A program made the translations under genes and the position numbers. Shown piece by piece: positions 12,955-26,928 of a stretch of 64,000 nt of DNA. Below the pieces are notes generated by a model, which made no database searches, was not told where the DNA came from, and saw only the letters and a list, made by a program, of their open reading frames with translations. Numbering within the stretch: position 1 is the first letter of the stretch; the number at the start of each line of letters is the position of its first letter. The stretch comes from Lytechinus pictus (Eukaryota), in assembly GCF_037042905.1 (NCBI RefSeq), contig NC_087251.1, forward strand, positions 48,300,001 through 48,364,000, in the 5' to 3' direction.

Positions 12955-14872
12955 GTTGGTCGGAGGTTGGCAATCGACTGAAAAATGTGTCATGTGCCGC
13001 GATTAGTATGCCGATTGCTTGAAATCGTTTCAAGAGCCCATCATGAACGTAACATAATCGCTTCATTCGTAGCACCACCGTACCGAGGTCCTAATTAGCG
13101 TATGAGCCTCGTTGTACGATCGCTTTGATCGCAGAAGCAGCGCATCACATCTGCCTCGAATCGTCGCAAGAAAGTGGCATCGTCGTACTTTCAGCGTATT
13201 ACCATCGCCTTCAGCGCAGGTCGGTCGCATAGAAGTTGCAGTGCAATCGTCTCGCAGGCTAAAAATAGAATTCGAGGAAGATTCTGCTACGATTTGCGGG
13301 ATTTACACAGATTGCCATGGTCGCCACGATCGCCTTCCTAGTGAGATGGGGGCCTAAATGAAACTTTCATGTTGCACTATGCGCTGAAGCACGATAGAAA
13401 GAAGTAACATTAATTATGTTGAGGTTTATAACGTTGAACCCAAAATCAGCAGGCGTTCGGTGATTGGTGGGTGTTCCAAACTCAGGGGCAGATCCAGGAT
13501 TTGTAAATGGAAGGGGGGGGGGGGTGGGGTGTTGGAGTGGGTAGTACAGAATAAATTCACCTCAAAAGCAACAACGACATAAATGACAAGGAATAAAGGA
13601 GTGATCTCGATGTCACAAGTATGACAAGATACTCAAATAAGTGCTTTTAAACCTCCAAGTTGATTGCAATATGCTATTCTTGCTGGGCGTTACCAATATT
13701 ATTTCTATATTCATCTTGACACATGAATGACTGTGGTTCATTTCCCATCACAGTACTTGCTTGTATATTCTTGATTAAGGTATTGATATCTCGCTCTTTT
13801 CGTTGCACATCAAACCAATCACAATGCTGGAAGTATTATTGGTACTAACTTCTGCACGTGTTTTGAAGTGCTTGATGATGCCCCCAAATCAACAACATTT
13901 ACAATTCAGAGCAATTGAGCTAAAATTCCATTTATTATGTTTTTCTCTTATGCTGTCATTTAATTACTGAGGGATGATGATATTAGTGCTTGTCAGTTGC
14001 GTAATGAGCCAAAAACCTTGAGGGGGCAAGACATGGCGTGTGGGAAAACAAAATCACCATGACTGCGTGGGAGCAAAGCGAGCGAGCACAAATTGTAACC
14101 CTTTGATACAATAACCGAATTTTGTGATTTTGACATAATACCCAGAAAAAAGATATATTCCCTTTTTCTTTTCATTTTTATTTTTTCTCTCCTATTTTTC
14201 TTCATTGGTCATGGAACGTTTTTTTTGGGGGGTGGGGACATGGTCCTAAGCTCCCCTCCCCCATCTGTAAGCCAGTGGCCCTTGTTGCATATGCTGATAT
14301 TAAGCGTGTTTTTGCTTGCCGTGAAGTGTACACTTTGTCTTAGCTTTATATACTGTCTTGGTTCTATTTGATTCATTCAGATTGTAACCGACTAACAATC
14401 GAGAGTTGTATTTTTCTGTTTGTTTGATGATCAATCGATGGGTCGGTACGGATCAGATATGGCACACAAAAGAACCGGAATCCAACCCAAGCTATCAAAT
14501 CTCGTCTGTCATATCTCCAGGTTTATTAAATCAATATCGCGACGTTTCCATACATCCCAGACAGCTGCTACCGGATAAATTGCTGTTGTTGTCGATTGAT
14601 CGTGCAATTCTGACCCAGATATTCATACAAATTCCTATGTAGAAAATTGTCGAGAAAAGGGGGCTCTTCGATATGGCATAATCGTAGCTAATGGGCACTT
14701 CATTGTACGAGAAAGAAATAAAGAACAATTGGAAGGGAACGATGAGAAAAAGAGTAAGAGCCATGTTGACATACTACTTTTCATCTCGCCATGTGTTGAT
14801 ATGTTTTATGTTGACTTGGCGAGAGAACGTATTTCGCCATCTACAAGTCTATATAGCACCTTAATGCTTCCC

Positions 14873-15259
14873 ATTTGTTTTGCATTAGGCTCCTAATTGT
14901 GATCAGTCCTGCATGAATGATTACGAATCACTAAATGCAATAATGCGTATTTTCAGACCTTGCGGAGATGATATGCTTTCATTTGATTTTTAGTATTTTA
15001 GTGGGAAATGCTGCATTTCTCAAACAATTTTAAACGGATAGATACCTGAATCCTGTTGCCTGACTTATGTACAGGGGTATAACTGGATTAATTACTCATC
15101 TCTTGGAATGAAATAAGAAATATCCATCTTCATTGGAGCATCGCGAGTTAGTCTTTAATGATGACAGAAAAGTATGAAAATATGCATTATCGCACTTAAT
15201 GAATTATAATCAGTCATGTATAGGACTGATCGCAATTAGCAATTAGGCGAAAACAAAGG
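14873..15259. mobile_element. MITE with long imperfect TIRs
   Basis: TTTGTTTT..CTAATTGTGATCAGTCCTGCATGAATGATTA vs TAATCAGTCATGTATAGGACTGATCGCAATTAG..AAAACAAA. Confidence 0.6.
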
Positions 15260-15949
15260 CTATAATTTTCTCTTTCATTATGACATACAATTCGTGAGAT
15301 TTTATTATAGCCAGGTGAGGAACTTTTCCAGCAAAGGTAAGCCACATATTTTACAGTGCTGATAGTGTACACAATAATTCCTGTATGCTCTGTATAGCAT
15401 CTGAATGCTTTAATTTAATATGTCATCATTACGCAATGATCCATATTGTGAGCCCTTCGTCATTGATCTAATATAAGCCCCGTTTGCTTGAAAAGTGGAT
15501 GTATTGCAATTTTGATCAATAAAAGATTGATCTTGTTGGCTGGGAATTATACAGATTTCTCAGGTTAATATGCAAACTAATCAAAACAATGTGTTGGAAT
15601 CACGTGCGTGCGTGCAATTATGTGACTAGCTCTTTATACTTGCTTTCATGGAAGAAAAAAAAGAGAATTCTTTATTTAGTATTTTGTGGTCGGATTGCGG
15701 TAATTGTTCTCAATCGTGTATATAATCATGAAAGACAAACTCATTGACGAATGTATTCCATACATAAATGTTAGATTGTATGCTTTTTGTTTCGTTAAAA
15801 AATATTTGACTGGAATGTATTCCCACCACATCTAGAAAGGGGCGATTTTAATGAAATTTTGATAACCCTAGCTGTCTTATGTGATGTTTGGATTAGATCA
15901 CAACGTTCAAAATATTGGAGTAGCAAAATGCAGTTTTTTCGTAACCAAA

Positions 15950-16110
15950 AATAAATAAATGAATAAATAAATAAATAGATGAATAAATGAAAACAAAAAT
16001 CATACTCCCATTTTGATTTTCCTTTAACCAAAAATAGATCAATAAATAGGGGAATGAATGAATGAATAAATGAATAAATAAATGAAAATAGATAAATGAA
16101 TAAATGAAAA
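15950..16110. repeat. Degenerate (AAAT/GAAT)n microsatellite
   Basis: Visible tetranucleotide runs. Confidence 0.8.
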
Positions 16111-16699
16111 AATAGCATACTCTGATGTTCGTGAAATTGAAGTCTTCCACATCTGATGATAAAGAAGAAGAAGAAAATGATGATGAGGAGGAGGAGAATG
16201 ACGATGATGATCAATTCATGATATGATGTGTAGATTTTATGATTTCAAAGATTTAATCGGACTTCCGGTCACATTCGAAGTGATTTCGTTGAGACATTAC
16301 AGATGTACAGAACGTCTGAATGTTTAAGCGTTTAATGTTAATCCAGGGAGTCGGGTGTTTAATCTTATGTGAAAGTTGTGATTGATTGATCCTAATAACC
16401 GTTGGGTTTTCATCCGGCATCATCTGGTTGCCATGACAATATATTCTGGAGGCCCGCTCCCGTAAAAGTGTGGCTTCCTCAATATCGCTCCAAATTGGGC
16501 TAGTATGTATGTCGTGCACGCAGCTTGTGTTCCATTTACCTGTCATTGTGCGTGCCTAGACTGACTAAATATCAATTTTAGCCTTTATAACACCACCATT
16601 TAACAGCACGGTATGCTGTCTTTGACTGATCATAATTTATGCTGTTCATAAATGATCTACGTCGTTGTTTTTTAACGTATAGAAAATTTAATTATATTT

Positions 16700-16880
16700 G
16701 ATTATTGTAAAAATAATAATTAATGATGATCATCTGCAAATAATGATAATGATAATAATGATGATGATAATGATAATAATAGTAATAATAATGGTCATAA
16801 TGATGATCATAATAAAAATACCACCACTACTACTACTACTTCTACTGCTAGTACTACTAATTATGATAATGGTAGTAATA
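16700..16880. repeat. (ATA/ATG/CTA)n trinucleotide microsatellite
   Basis: Visible trinucleotide runs; these explain the low-complexity ORF 16698..16964. Confidence 0.85.
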
Positions 16881-17008
16881 ACTTCTTTTTACCCAGGATA
16901 TTGCAAATTCTGCTATGAGCTGATCTTTAAACAATATGTTATTATAAACTCCACCCCCTTCTGATACGCTTAGCACCTGGCAATAATTCAGAAAATCCAG
17001 TGTTTATT

Positions 17009-17066
17009 AGGGGATCTAACCTACGTTCATGAGATGGGCGCACAAACCACTGAACCACCATGCCGG
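17009..17066 (-). mobile_element. Degenerate tRNA-derived SINE head
   Basis: The minus strand reads GGCATGGTGGTTCAGTGG (A-box-like) ... GGTTAGATCCCC (B-box-like). Confidence 0.4.
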
Positions 17067-17729
17067 TCTTGTGTATTTTTATTTTGTTTAATTTAATTTC
17101 TTTGTTATATACTCATTTATCAAAGCGACAAAGAGGGGATGAAAATCGGGGAAAAGCCAATCAATAATATCAGAATAAAATAAAAGAAAAACAACCAAAA
17201 TTAAACAAAATAAACACAACTTCAACGGACATAAGAAACTAAAAGGAAAACTCGAACTCTATATCTTAAATGATGTTCTTGCAGGGTGTTTTTTTTCTTA
17301 ATTAGAATTACATTGCATGGGCGTGCCCCCTACCAAGAGGTGCGCCGTGTAAAGGTGATTGTGTAAGAGACTTAGGGTAATGAGATGTTCGGTTGATTAC
17401 ACACGTATTGCAGTTTGCATGCCCTTAATAAGAAGTAATGTGCAAACATCTAGTCAGTCCCGACCTTTCGTTGGAGAACGCGAACGCTTATTTGCGACGG
17501 TAGTTGATTTCGGAAGAGACTTTTGGGCCCGTCGTCATGGTCGTAAAACTCTGTCCTGCAATGCAAATTGTGTGACATGAGTTTATTTTTCGTTTCGCAT
17601 CTGGAACGGAAACATTCAATCTGCGTTTTGTGTGCAAAATTCTGGTTGCTACTATGGTAACAGCGATATATCCGATTTAGGACGACTTTCCAAAGCCACA
17701 TTTGGTTCCTCCCAGAGCTCGAGAGGCCG

Positions 17730-18030
17730 CCCGGGGGGCCCACTTCCATTGAAGAGTGGATACCAGGCGCGACCACGAGTAAAAAGGGAAAGAGTGGGCA
17801 AGTACGTTACGTATAGGCCTATGTAACGTTATAAGGGTGTCAAAAACGATGTTTAAAATACTGAAAAGGAGGATATGTTTTCAATACTTGTAGGGTTTCA
17901 CAAGCTAAATACTTGTTAAGAGATGCATTTTCATAATCTGGAAAAGCCTTGCTTCCCTTGTTTAGGGTGCTATTCGAAACCGCATGGTCGTGCCTGGTAT
18001 CCACTCATCAATGGAAGTGGTCCCCCCGGG
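17730..18030. mobile_element. MITE with ~45-bp TIRs
   Basis: CCCGGGGGGCCCACTTCCATTGAAGAGTGGATACCAGGCGCGACCA and TGGTCGTGCCTGGTATCCACTCATCAATGGAAGTGGTCCCCCCGGG. Confidence 0.85.
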
Positions 18031-18510
18031 AATTCGAATCTAATCCCCCATTTCTGGGGAAAGTAAAACATAATGCCCATTACATTGTGTGCTAGAGGCA
18101 TATCGTATGTGTAGGAGTAAACAAAAGAAATTTCGGCTGGTACGTGTTCAGACCAAGGTAGCTCCTTGTTCAGACGTATACATGCTGTGTACATAATCAA
18201 CGCATGCGAAATGGTTTCTGCTGGAGAGGTGATTTGACCCATGGAATCAATTGCCAGAGATCCACCAATAATCCACATTAAATGCAATATCGATTCGATG
18301 GACTGTAATGATCTATATCTAAGCCTTAATTCAGTAACTTTTTCCTCACTCAATATGTATTCGATTTGTTTGAAAAACCACTTTCTTAGCCATGTCATAA
18401 TCTATTGTAGGTCCTGCATTTCGAATATCTCCAGCCATCAGTCGTAATGTACATGCATGTATGGTGCGGGTGTCGCGGGAAAGAATTTTGCACACGAAAA
18501 GCAGATCTGT

Positions 18511-18652
18511 AGGGCCTGTAACCCCCTGTAACACAAAGCTTAGCATTGATTGTAAAGCAGTTTTCTACGTTTGATTCTATTGACTATAATGTACAATCAA
18601 TCTTAAAAATCAAGTGTATGATTAAGCGTTAACTTTTGTGTTAGGGGACCCT
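18511..18652. mobile_element. Short MITE
   Basis: CCCCTGTAACACAAAG ... CTTTTGTGTTAGGGGACCC inverted ends. Confidence 0.5.
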
Positions 18653-21600
18653 AATATTAGCGTCCGTGAGGTTTGCGAAAGGTCCCGTATTATGTGGAAT
18701 GAATGAACATGGCTAAGATCCCATTTTATACGTTTCTCGCACATGCTCTTCGCAATGTGCTCATATTGTGAATACAAGGAGAATAAAATATTGGTTAAGA
18801 GTCTTCTGTCCGTAGAACTTTTTCTCGAAGCGTGGGTATTGAATCCAACAATGATAAATAAACATCATTCTTTAAAGTCTTTATGTAAAGGTTGTAAAAA
18901 TATACAGAGAATTATAAAAGCTTGGTTAACTTAACATGAATAGCAGCAGAGACATTAAACTGGAAATCAGAAAAAGGAGTAACGAATGGGAGAAGGGGGA
19001 GGGGGGGGGGGCGAATGGAAAGAGAAACCAAATACGTCGTGCAAATGTTTACTCCTTTATGCCTTGTAGTGTCAATAGTGCTACCCATGATATTATATAT
19101 GGAGAGGGTTGAAGTCGAACATGTAGACTCTTTCTCTTTCAAGTCCGTCGCCAATTCTAAATCAAACATTCCAGAACATGACATTGTATGGAATGATTCG
19201 AAGATTTAATCCCCCAAGATACGCAAATATTGAAAGTTGAACATGGATGTTATGAAGAACGTTGTTTTCCCAGCGATTTCATCAAATCGAAACACACCCA
19301 ATGCCTTGCCTGTAGCAGATCGTGCTATTGCTCACATTTTCATAAAATCTGAACCAATCACAACCGATCCTTATCATTTGCATCTCTGTCCGACTCTTCA
19401 TAGCCTCCATTCTCGGTAAACTGTCTACATATTTCGAGGTGCGTAGCCAGGGAAGGATGGGGGCGTTTACCCCTCCAATTCCCCAACAAAATGATAAAAT
19501 ATTGGAAAATAAAGAAGAAAGGAGAGCAGTGGCTGAATGGAAGCATTTTGAATATTTTTTTGAAAGAATTAATAACTTAACATAAAATTTTGTAATACGG
19601 AAGAAAGCGTTGAATGTAGGCCCAAGAAGTGACATAAAAATATCCTTCTTTTCTAAAAAAAAATATATATATAATATAACACCCAAGTTTCTGCGCTTTG
19701 TGGGGACAGGAAGTGGGAAGCTTTTCCCCTTGCATCATATCCCTCTTTTGAAGCCGTTAAAAGTACGAGAGACGTCTTGTTTTGTTTAAAATATGCTAAA
19801 ATTTCAGAGGCGTGAGAAGAAAGTGTTATAGCCTTTCAACGTCAAACTTTGGGGGTCTTACTTCATCAAAAACTATTGATAATATATGGGCAAATTACAC
19901 GTGCGATGATTAAAAAAAAAAATACTGGAAATGAATTTGATATGAAATCGATATTTTCTTCTAAGTAGTCTCTCTTATTCTGTCGATTCTCTCTTGGCAT
20001 ATCACAAGCATATTGATAGAACGCAAATCTATAATAAATCAATATTTAAGTAAAGGTCTAGTAATAAGCCTGTTCACGGTTGTAAACTGCGCACGAGCAG
20101 AAAAAGGTCATTGGAGACAACCATGAAGGTGGCTTTCAAATTCACTGACATAGGCATTTGTGATTTGATGTTTATTCATGTATTCCTTTCAAAATATTTA
20201 TCACATCCAAGCTGAAGAGTAATAAATAGAGCCTTCATAATCACTGGTATTTGACAGGAGCCTAAACAATAGTCAAATGTGCCAAAGGCAGACAATAAAA
20301 CAGATTTCCAAACTTTATCCCTGATGTACTATTCTAGTCACCTGGTCTATACAATGCCTTTTGTTCTTAGAATTTGAATACTCTACCGGTAAAGCTTACG
20401 CAACATCTACATTTGAAAATGATAGTGCTTATCCTAATGAAAAATCACAAAGGTCATTTGAGAAAAGTTGATCATGAGCTAACCGTGGACTGGCTTATTG
20501 TTCGGACGGGTGGTCAAATTCATTACTTTTAATGGCTTTTGTGATAAACCAAACGAACAGTCCTCCCGTACCCTGTGGAATGATTTTTTTTGGAGAGCTA
20601 GCGTGACATATTTAATAATGAAGTCAGTTCTCAGTTATATAATTATTTACCTAAGAAAGAAATTGCATTTTCGAAAAGTGATATTTAATAGAGAAACAAT
20701 TTCATTATATCTATGGAAAAAAGATCGATGTAATTTCGGAAAAAAAAACTGTTAGTGGGATATCTGCTTATTTGGAAATCGTGATTGGTGAAACTTATTT
20801 TGTGTTTAAGCCAAATGTCAAACTGAAGTTGATTTATACTTGTATTTTCTTGGTTAAAAGGCGTAGTAATTTATATGTTCGATCACAATCAGGACAGATT
20901 TAATTCAGATGAACGTTGAGAAATTAAATCGACATTTTCGGCCGGGGGGGGGGATGCAAGTGCCCTGAAAAAAAAATTGTGGAGAGAATGGAAATTCGTT
21001 ATTAGAGTCCATTGAGGCTTACTGCCGGAGTTTGTCGAACATGTTATATTTATCATGCTTATCATTCGTACTCCATTATCAACAAAGTCATGTTGCCCCA
21101 CTTATTTGCCGCCATGGTAACAGAACGGATGTTAAGTATGAATGCCCCCCCCCCCCCCCCACGAGCGGCTAGGGTAAAACATTGATCTACATACATTCAC
21201 AACAACACATTTTATCTTGGCGGGCGAACGAATTGCATGATGATTTTGTAAACGACCCCTTGCGATCGCGTGTCTGGGATCGGAATATATACACCCCCTC
21301 TCTGCCCTTCTCCGCCCCGTCCGTCCGCCTCCCTGACCTGGATTCTCAAGATTCCTACTTCCCAAACCGTGCTCATGTCTTGTCTTCTTAAATATTTTAA
21401 AAGCATCTGTCTTTGTATATGAGATGAGAGAGGGTAAACGCAATATCTTTGGACGGAGATGAAATGGAACTTGTGAAGAGGATAGGGTTTAACATACAAA
21501 CACAAGGCGAGGAGGAAAACCTTGAGAATAAGTAGAGTTTGGTCGCCTGCATTACTCGGCTCTCATGCCACAGAGCACCCGGCGATGAAATTGATTTCAA

Positions 21601-24484
21601 CAAAATATGATCCACTCTGTCGAATTATATGATGAAGCTAAAAGTAGACTTTGCATAAACTATATAAATGATATATCAGAGCAGATCTGTAACACACTGG
21701 AGCCAAGGACTACAGGACATCGACTGAGCCGTATCAAGGAGGTTTCATAAAATGTTCTTGGCCGTATTAACACACTTTTCATTGAGCATTTAAAAACGAT
21801 GGTTCACAGAGACAGATGTCTTCCCATTTCCAAAACCCTCTACAATTATGACATTGTCAAGGCTTATATAAAAGAAAATTTCGAGGATGATAAAATTCTT
21901 CTCAAGGTTATAATTTATTTGCCAAGTCTACATACAAATACTTTACATAGCAATTAGCATGCATAAATTATAAAGCGATTCATAAAGCGTGACAGGATAA
22001 ACCTATGAAAGCCCAAGAGCTTATTTCCAATGGGGTCCTAAACAGAAAATCACACTTTATAGAAATGTTTAAAACAAACAAGCACATATACAAATCGAAA
22101 ATCTACTATCATTCGAAAGGCAAAATAATAAAAAAAGAGAACTTATATAAAAGTAGGAGAGTAAAAACAAAAACAAGAAGAAGAAAAATTAATGAGGATG
22201 AGGAAAAAAACAGAATGAGAAAAACTGATTTAAAAAATCGTGCAATTCATGTGACCGGTAATCAGTTTGTAAATCGGTATTCCAATTTCCGAACTCTACA
22301 AGAGTAAAACGACTTTCGAGAATGACGAAACCCATACTCGCAAGGAGTTCAATGAGAAACACCAATTTTCAAAATCAAGGCATACTTGACCAGCTCATAT
22401 ACTAGATCCCAATTTTATCATTATTTTCATGAAAGTTGATCTGTAACTATACAAAGTTATTTTACAAGTGTGGTGTGGTGAGAACAAAAGTTTAACTCGT
22501 TTTAAGTGCAATTATGTACCAGCCGGGTGTATTTTGCCTACTGCTACATATACACACTTATATCTTTCAACATCCGAAACCTGTAACAACCTATAGTATT
22601 TCATGTTAATTTATTCAGAACTTAACAGCCATTCCATATACTGTCACTTTTTTACATTTTACTTATTATTATTGAACTGAGAAATTTGAGTAATTGTACA
22701 TTATTTTCATCAAAACTTTGATATCCTTGGAAAGCCCTCAAATTCTGGGATTTCATATAAATTTGCAAAGTTGCTGGTAATATTCTACTTGAATGAAATA
22801 TTGATTTTGGAGTTTATGGTGGCTGACGAATAAATTTCTCATGTTTGTAATACCTAGCTTATGTTAATGGCATCATGAGCTGTATCGTATCTAGTGTTGT
22901 GTAGCCCAACATGCATTTTAGTTATAATAATTTATTTCTTTTGCTTTCCGTAACTTTAAAGTGGTGCGGGATTTTCAGAAAATTTCCCATCATTGAAATT
23001 CTTACATAACATTGATTTTCGACCTTTTCGAGACCAGCGAGTGTTATCTCCGAGTATGCTGTAGGGGAATATGTTCTGATAAAAAGGATTTTGTATATCC
23101 TGTTTTTCAGAGGCCTCGAATCTGGGGGCAGGGGGCGATCGACTCCGACACTTTAGACTACTTGTAAACTCATATCTTACAATGCAAATATGTTTTGAAA
23201 AGCATTAGAAAGCGCTATAAAACCAGTTGACATGCTGTCATTGAAATACTATTTAACATACACAATTGTGAATTTTTCGGCGCGCTTTGAGCGCAAAATT
23301 CTGTATTATTAATTTTTATAATTCTTTATAATAATTGCGAGCATGAGTTATGGGACCCAAAATTTCAAATAAAGTTATTTGTACGTGATGGTGGGTGTTT
23401 TATTTATGAAGGTTTGGCATGAGTTTTGTGCTTTGTCACATCAACGAAACCAACTCCAAACCGACCGATAGTGTTATTCGTAACAATTTAATATCTTTGA
23501 TCGGTTTAGAGTCGGATTCGTTGTTGGGACTGTCGTGTGAGTGCGTGACACTGTGTGTGTGTGTGTTGTGGGGGGGGGGGGATAGACCGTATTCTTGCAT
23601 GAGAATGGTCAACCAGGGACAACGGGGAAAAAAAACTGAAGTTCACCTTTATATTACGTCTAATGCTGAATACTTAGGATATTCGTTTTTGAAAGACAAT
23701 CCCTTGCCGGGAGACAGCTCGCATGTGACGTGTTAACTTTCGATATCAGTTTCATCATCTTTGGGCTGCGTTTCAATATTTTCGCAGGATTAGTATAATG
23801 TCATGGGACTCTTTTTACTTCCCTTCTTCGCGTAAGCCTGCACTCTCGCCAATTTTGTTGTCTCTTTCATTGAACGATGATACTTTAAAATGCGTAGGAT
23901 GTACCGAAAACTGGAGGGGATATGAAACGCCCGTATCTTCACCGTAAATATATCTGGGTAACTTGGGGTCATTTCTCCCGGGCGATTGAGTGAGACGAGA
24001 CTTGAAATAATGGAAAAATGGATTGATCCTAATGCTCCTTGACAAGAAACGAATTTTCAACGTCTCCTATCCGAATGGTCGATTGCTGTATGGCATACAC
24101 TATGCTGTTGGTGTATAACTGCATGAGCATGAAACATATTCAGTGAGCGCTGTATAGAACTTCGCTAGATCATTAATTTTCATGATTTTGTGAATGTAGT
24201 TGATCCTGTTTTGTTTGTTCAACTTCATTTGGAATACAGTTAACACCATGGATGGCATTGGCGCGTCCGGTACATGCATAAATCGCCCGCAATGGCCATT
24301 GTGTTTTTGTATCGTTTCATGTTGACATTCATTCAGTACATAATATGTATGTATAAGCATAATATTATGCTCCATAGCTTCGGAATTAACAAAGATATAT
24401 ATCTGTATATTGTCAACAATCATTTATCCCCAGGACGGATTTTGTCGAGCTCATATCTTCCGAAACACAGGATAAAACTTACAG

Positions 24485-25455
24485 TTTTTTTGTCTCACCT
24501 GCATAGCAGAGTGAGACTATACTATAGGCGCCGCTTTTCCGACGGCGACGGCGGCGGCGGCGGCGGCGTCAACACCAAATCTTAACCTGAGGTTAAGTTT
24601 TTGAAATGACAGCATAACTTAGAAAGTATATGGACCTAGTTCATGAAACTTGGCCATAAGGTTAATCAAGTATTACTGAACATCCTGCCTGAGTTTCATG
24701 TCACATGACCAAGGTCAAAGGTCATTTAGGGTCAATGAACTTAGACCATGTTGGGGGAATCAACATCAAAATCTTAACCTAAGGTTAAGTTTTTGAAATG
24801 TCATCATAACTTAGAAAATATATGGACCTAGTTCATGAAACTTATACATAAGGTTAATCAAGTATCACTAAACACCCTGCTTGAGTTTCACATCACATGA
24901 CCAAGGTCAAAGGTCATTTAGGGTCAATGAACTTTGGCCGAATTGGGGGTATCTGTTGAATTACCATCATAACTTTGAAAGTTTATGGATCTGATTCATG
25001 AAACTTGGACATAATAGTAATCAAGTATTACTGAACATCCTGTGCAAGTTTCAGGTCACATGATCAAGGTCAAAGGTCATTTAGGGTCAATGAACTTTGG
25101 CCAAATTGGGGTATTTGTTGAATTACAGCCATAAATTTGAAAGTGTGTTGGTCTAGTACATAAAACTTGGACATAATAGTAATCAAGTATCACTGAACAT
25201 CCTGTGCGAGTTTCAGGTCACATGATCAAGGTCAAAGGTCATGTAAGGTCAAAGAACTTTGGCCACGTTGGGGGTATTTGTTGAATTGCCATCATATCTC
25301 TATAAGTGTATTGGTCTAGTTCATAAAACGTGGAAATAAGAGTAACCAAGTATCACTGAACATCTTGTGCGAGTTATAGTAGTTTTCAAAATCAGCACTG
25401 CTGCTATATTGAATCGCGTGATGCAGGTGAGACGGCCAGAGGCATTCCACTTGTT
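24485..25455 (+). mobile_element. Helentron-associated non-autonomous element (HINE/DINE-like), family A
   Basis: T-run insertion site; subterminal IRs GTCTCACCTGCA (24492) and TGCAGGTGAGAC (25422); (GGC)n microsatellite; 160-190-bp tandem core; short 3' hairpin then CTTGTT. Confidence 0.85.
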
Positions 25456-25875
25456 TAAGTTTCTTGGCGGGATTCCCGAGTGCATTTCATTCGTAAAGCC
25501 AGTGGCGTAATTAGCCACAAGTTTTGAGGGGACACAATATGTAACATTATATTCTGTCAATTTCTTTTTTGTTATGCATGGTGTGAAAAATAAAACAAAC
25601 AAACATGGCAAAATGTACAAAATGTTAATCTTAAAAGTCGCTAGCGAGCAAAAAAAAATAACTAAATTTTTTTTTTAAATGAAAGTCTAATTTGAATTTA
25701 TAATTTGACAATACATTATGAAATTGATATAATATTGAATATTGTTTGTTTTTTCCCTTTCCTTTTCTTTCTTTCCCCTTTTTAATTGGTTCTATATCTT
25801 CATTATTTTGTTTTGTTTTATTCTTATTTTTAATTGTATGACACACATATATATATATATATACATACATATCTT

Positions 25876-25945
25876 TAACGTCTAACGTCTGCTACTTGCG
25901 GTTTCACGCCCGAACTTGAGGCGATCTTCAGGCAGACTGACGTTA
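25876..25945 (-). ncRNA. Type I hammerhead ribozyme with minimal stem III, of the kind found with Penelope-like elements and retrozymes
   Basis: Minus strand: TAACGTC-A-GTCTGC CTGAAGA T CGCCT caagttc GGGCG T GAAA C CGCAA G TA GCAGAC-GTTA-GACGTTA. CUGANGA, GAAA and the GUA cleavage triplet are all present with paired stems I and II. Confidence 0.75.
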
Positions 25946-26767
25946 TTGACTATTTGTGTGGTGTGGCAGGTCAATTTGACGCTTCAGTTGTTTCCGCAGA
26001 GTAGTCTGTGCAGAGTGCATTGAGCACTCTGCATCATTGGCATCTATACACATCTAAGGATATATATATCTTTTTTTGGGGGGGGGGGTACAAAAACCCA
26101 AGCCCCCAATCTATACCCCAGTGGCTACACTGTATACTGTCCAGTCTATCACTCTTCTGTCTCATAACACATGTCATCCATGCCTCGTGACATATTTGAT
26201 TACGAAGCAATCTATTTTAAGGTGTGCTGAAGAGTTCTCGCCTCCCACTACTCTCATTAAAACAGAAGGTTTTTTATGTGAGCATTCTCTCGTCTAAAAG
26301 CTTAGTAATATTATACTGTTTTGTTTTCGTCACATGTTGTTAAAAACCTCATCGGAAATGCCATTTCGGTTCCATTGGATGTCTTGTCCAGGTATTATTC
26401 TTTATATTATATACTTATACCTGTAAAGTCATTCCTGGCGAATAAAATGAGTCAATCAAATCAATTTTGTGTCCACTTTCAATATTATTTTCTGCTTATT
26501 TTGTGCCCTAATTTGTTGTTTTCCACAAGAGATGTCATTTCTCTATACCTTTCTCTCTCTTCTCCCTTTTTAAAAATATTCTTTCTCCTATCACACACAC
26601 AAACACACACACCCTCACCCACCCACACTCTCAGTCAACCAACGGACCCCAAATGCACCTTTTCTTAAAAAACACCCGACCATTCACACAATTGACCATC
26701 CCTCCGCCCCACACATCATCATCATCATCATTATATTGCTGTATTGATTAACCGTTTTAGACTTTTC

Positions 26768-26928
26768 AATCATAGTTACTTTCTTATAACTTTCTCTTAG
26801 GCACTTAGATTGTTCCTTCTTCTCTCCCTCATCGATTAGATTATTTTAATCATAGTTACTTTCTTATAACTTTCTCTTAGGCACTTAGATTGTTCCTTCT
26901 TCTGTCCCTCATCGATTAGATTATTTTA
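26768..26928. repeat. 80-bp tandem duplication
   Basis: AATCATAGTTACTTTC...GATTAGATTATTTT occurs twice (26768, 26848) with one mismatch. Confidence 0.9.

Larger units (their letters stand above)
5631..13354. mobile_element. Internally deleted PIF/Harbinger transposon (~1.7 kb body, mostly 11636-13354), interrupted at its left tip by the 6-kb foldback element
   Basis: TIRs CCCCCATCTCACTAG.TGGCGAT (11638) and ATCGCCTTCCTAGTGAGATGGGGGCC (13354). TAA flanks at 5628-5630 and 13355-13357. Convergent remnants of two genes lie inside. Confidence 0.8.

Noticed and set aside
14531..14640. ICMNIWV peptide faintly resembling SPEC3 in a minus-strand exon candidate
   Set aside because: Similarity is limited to a few residues and the diagnostic GWIWSI.WG motif is absent.
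17970..18398. 142-aa minus-strand ORF
   Set aside because: No family motif recognised; it runs into a MITE TIR and has a stop just upstream of the ATG.
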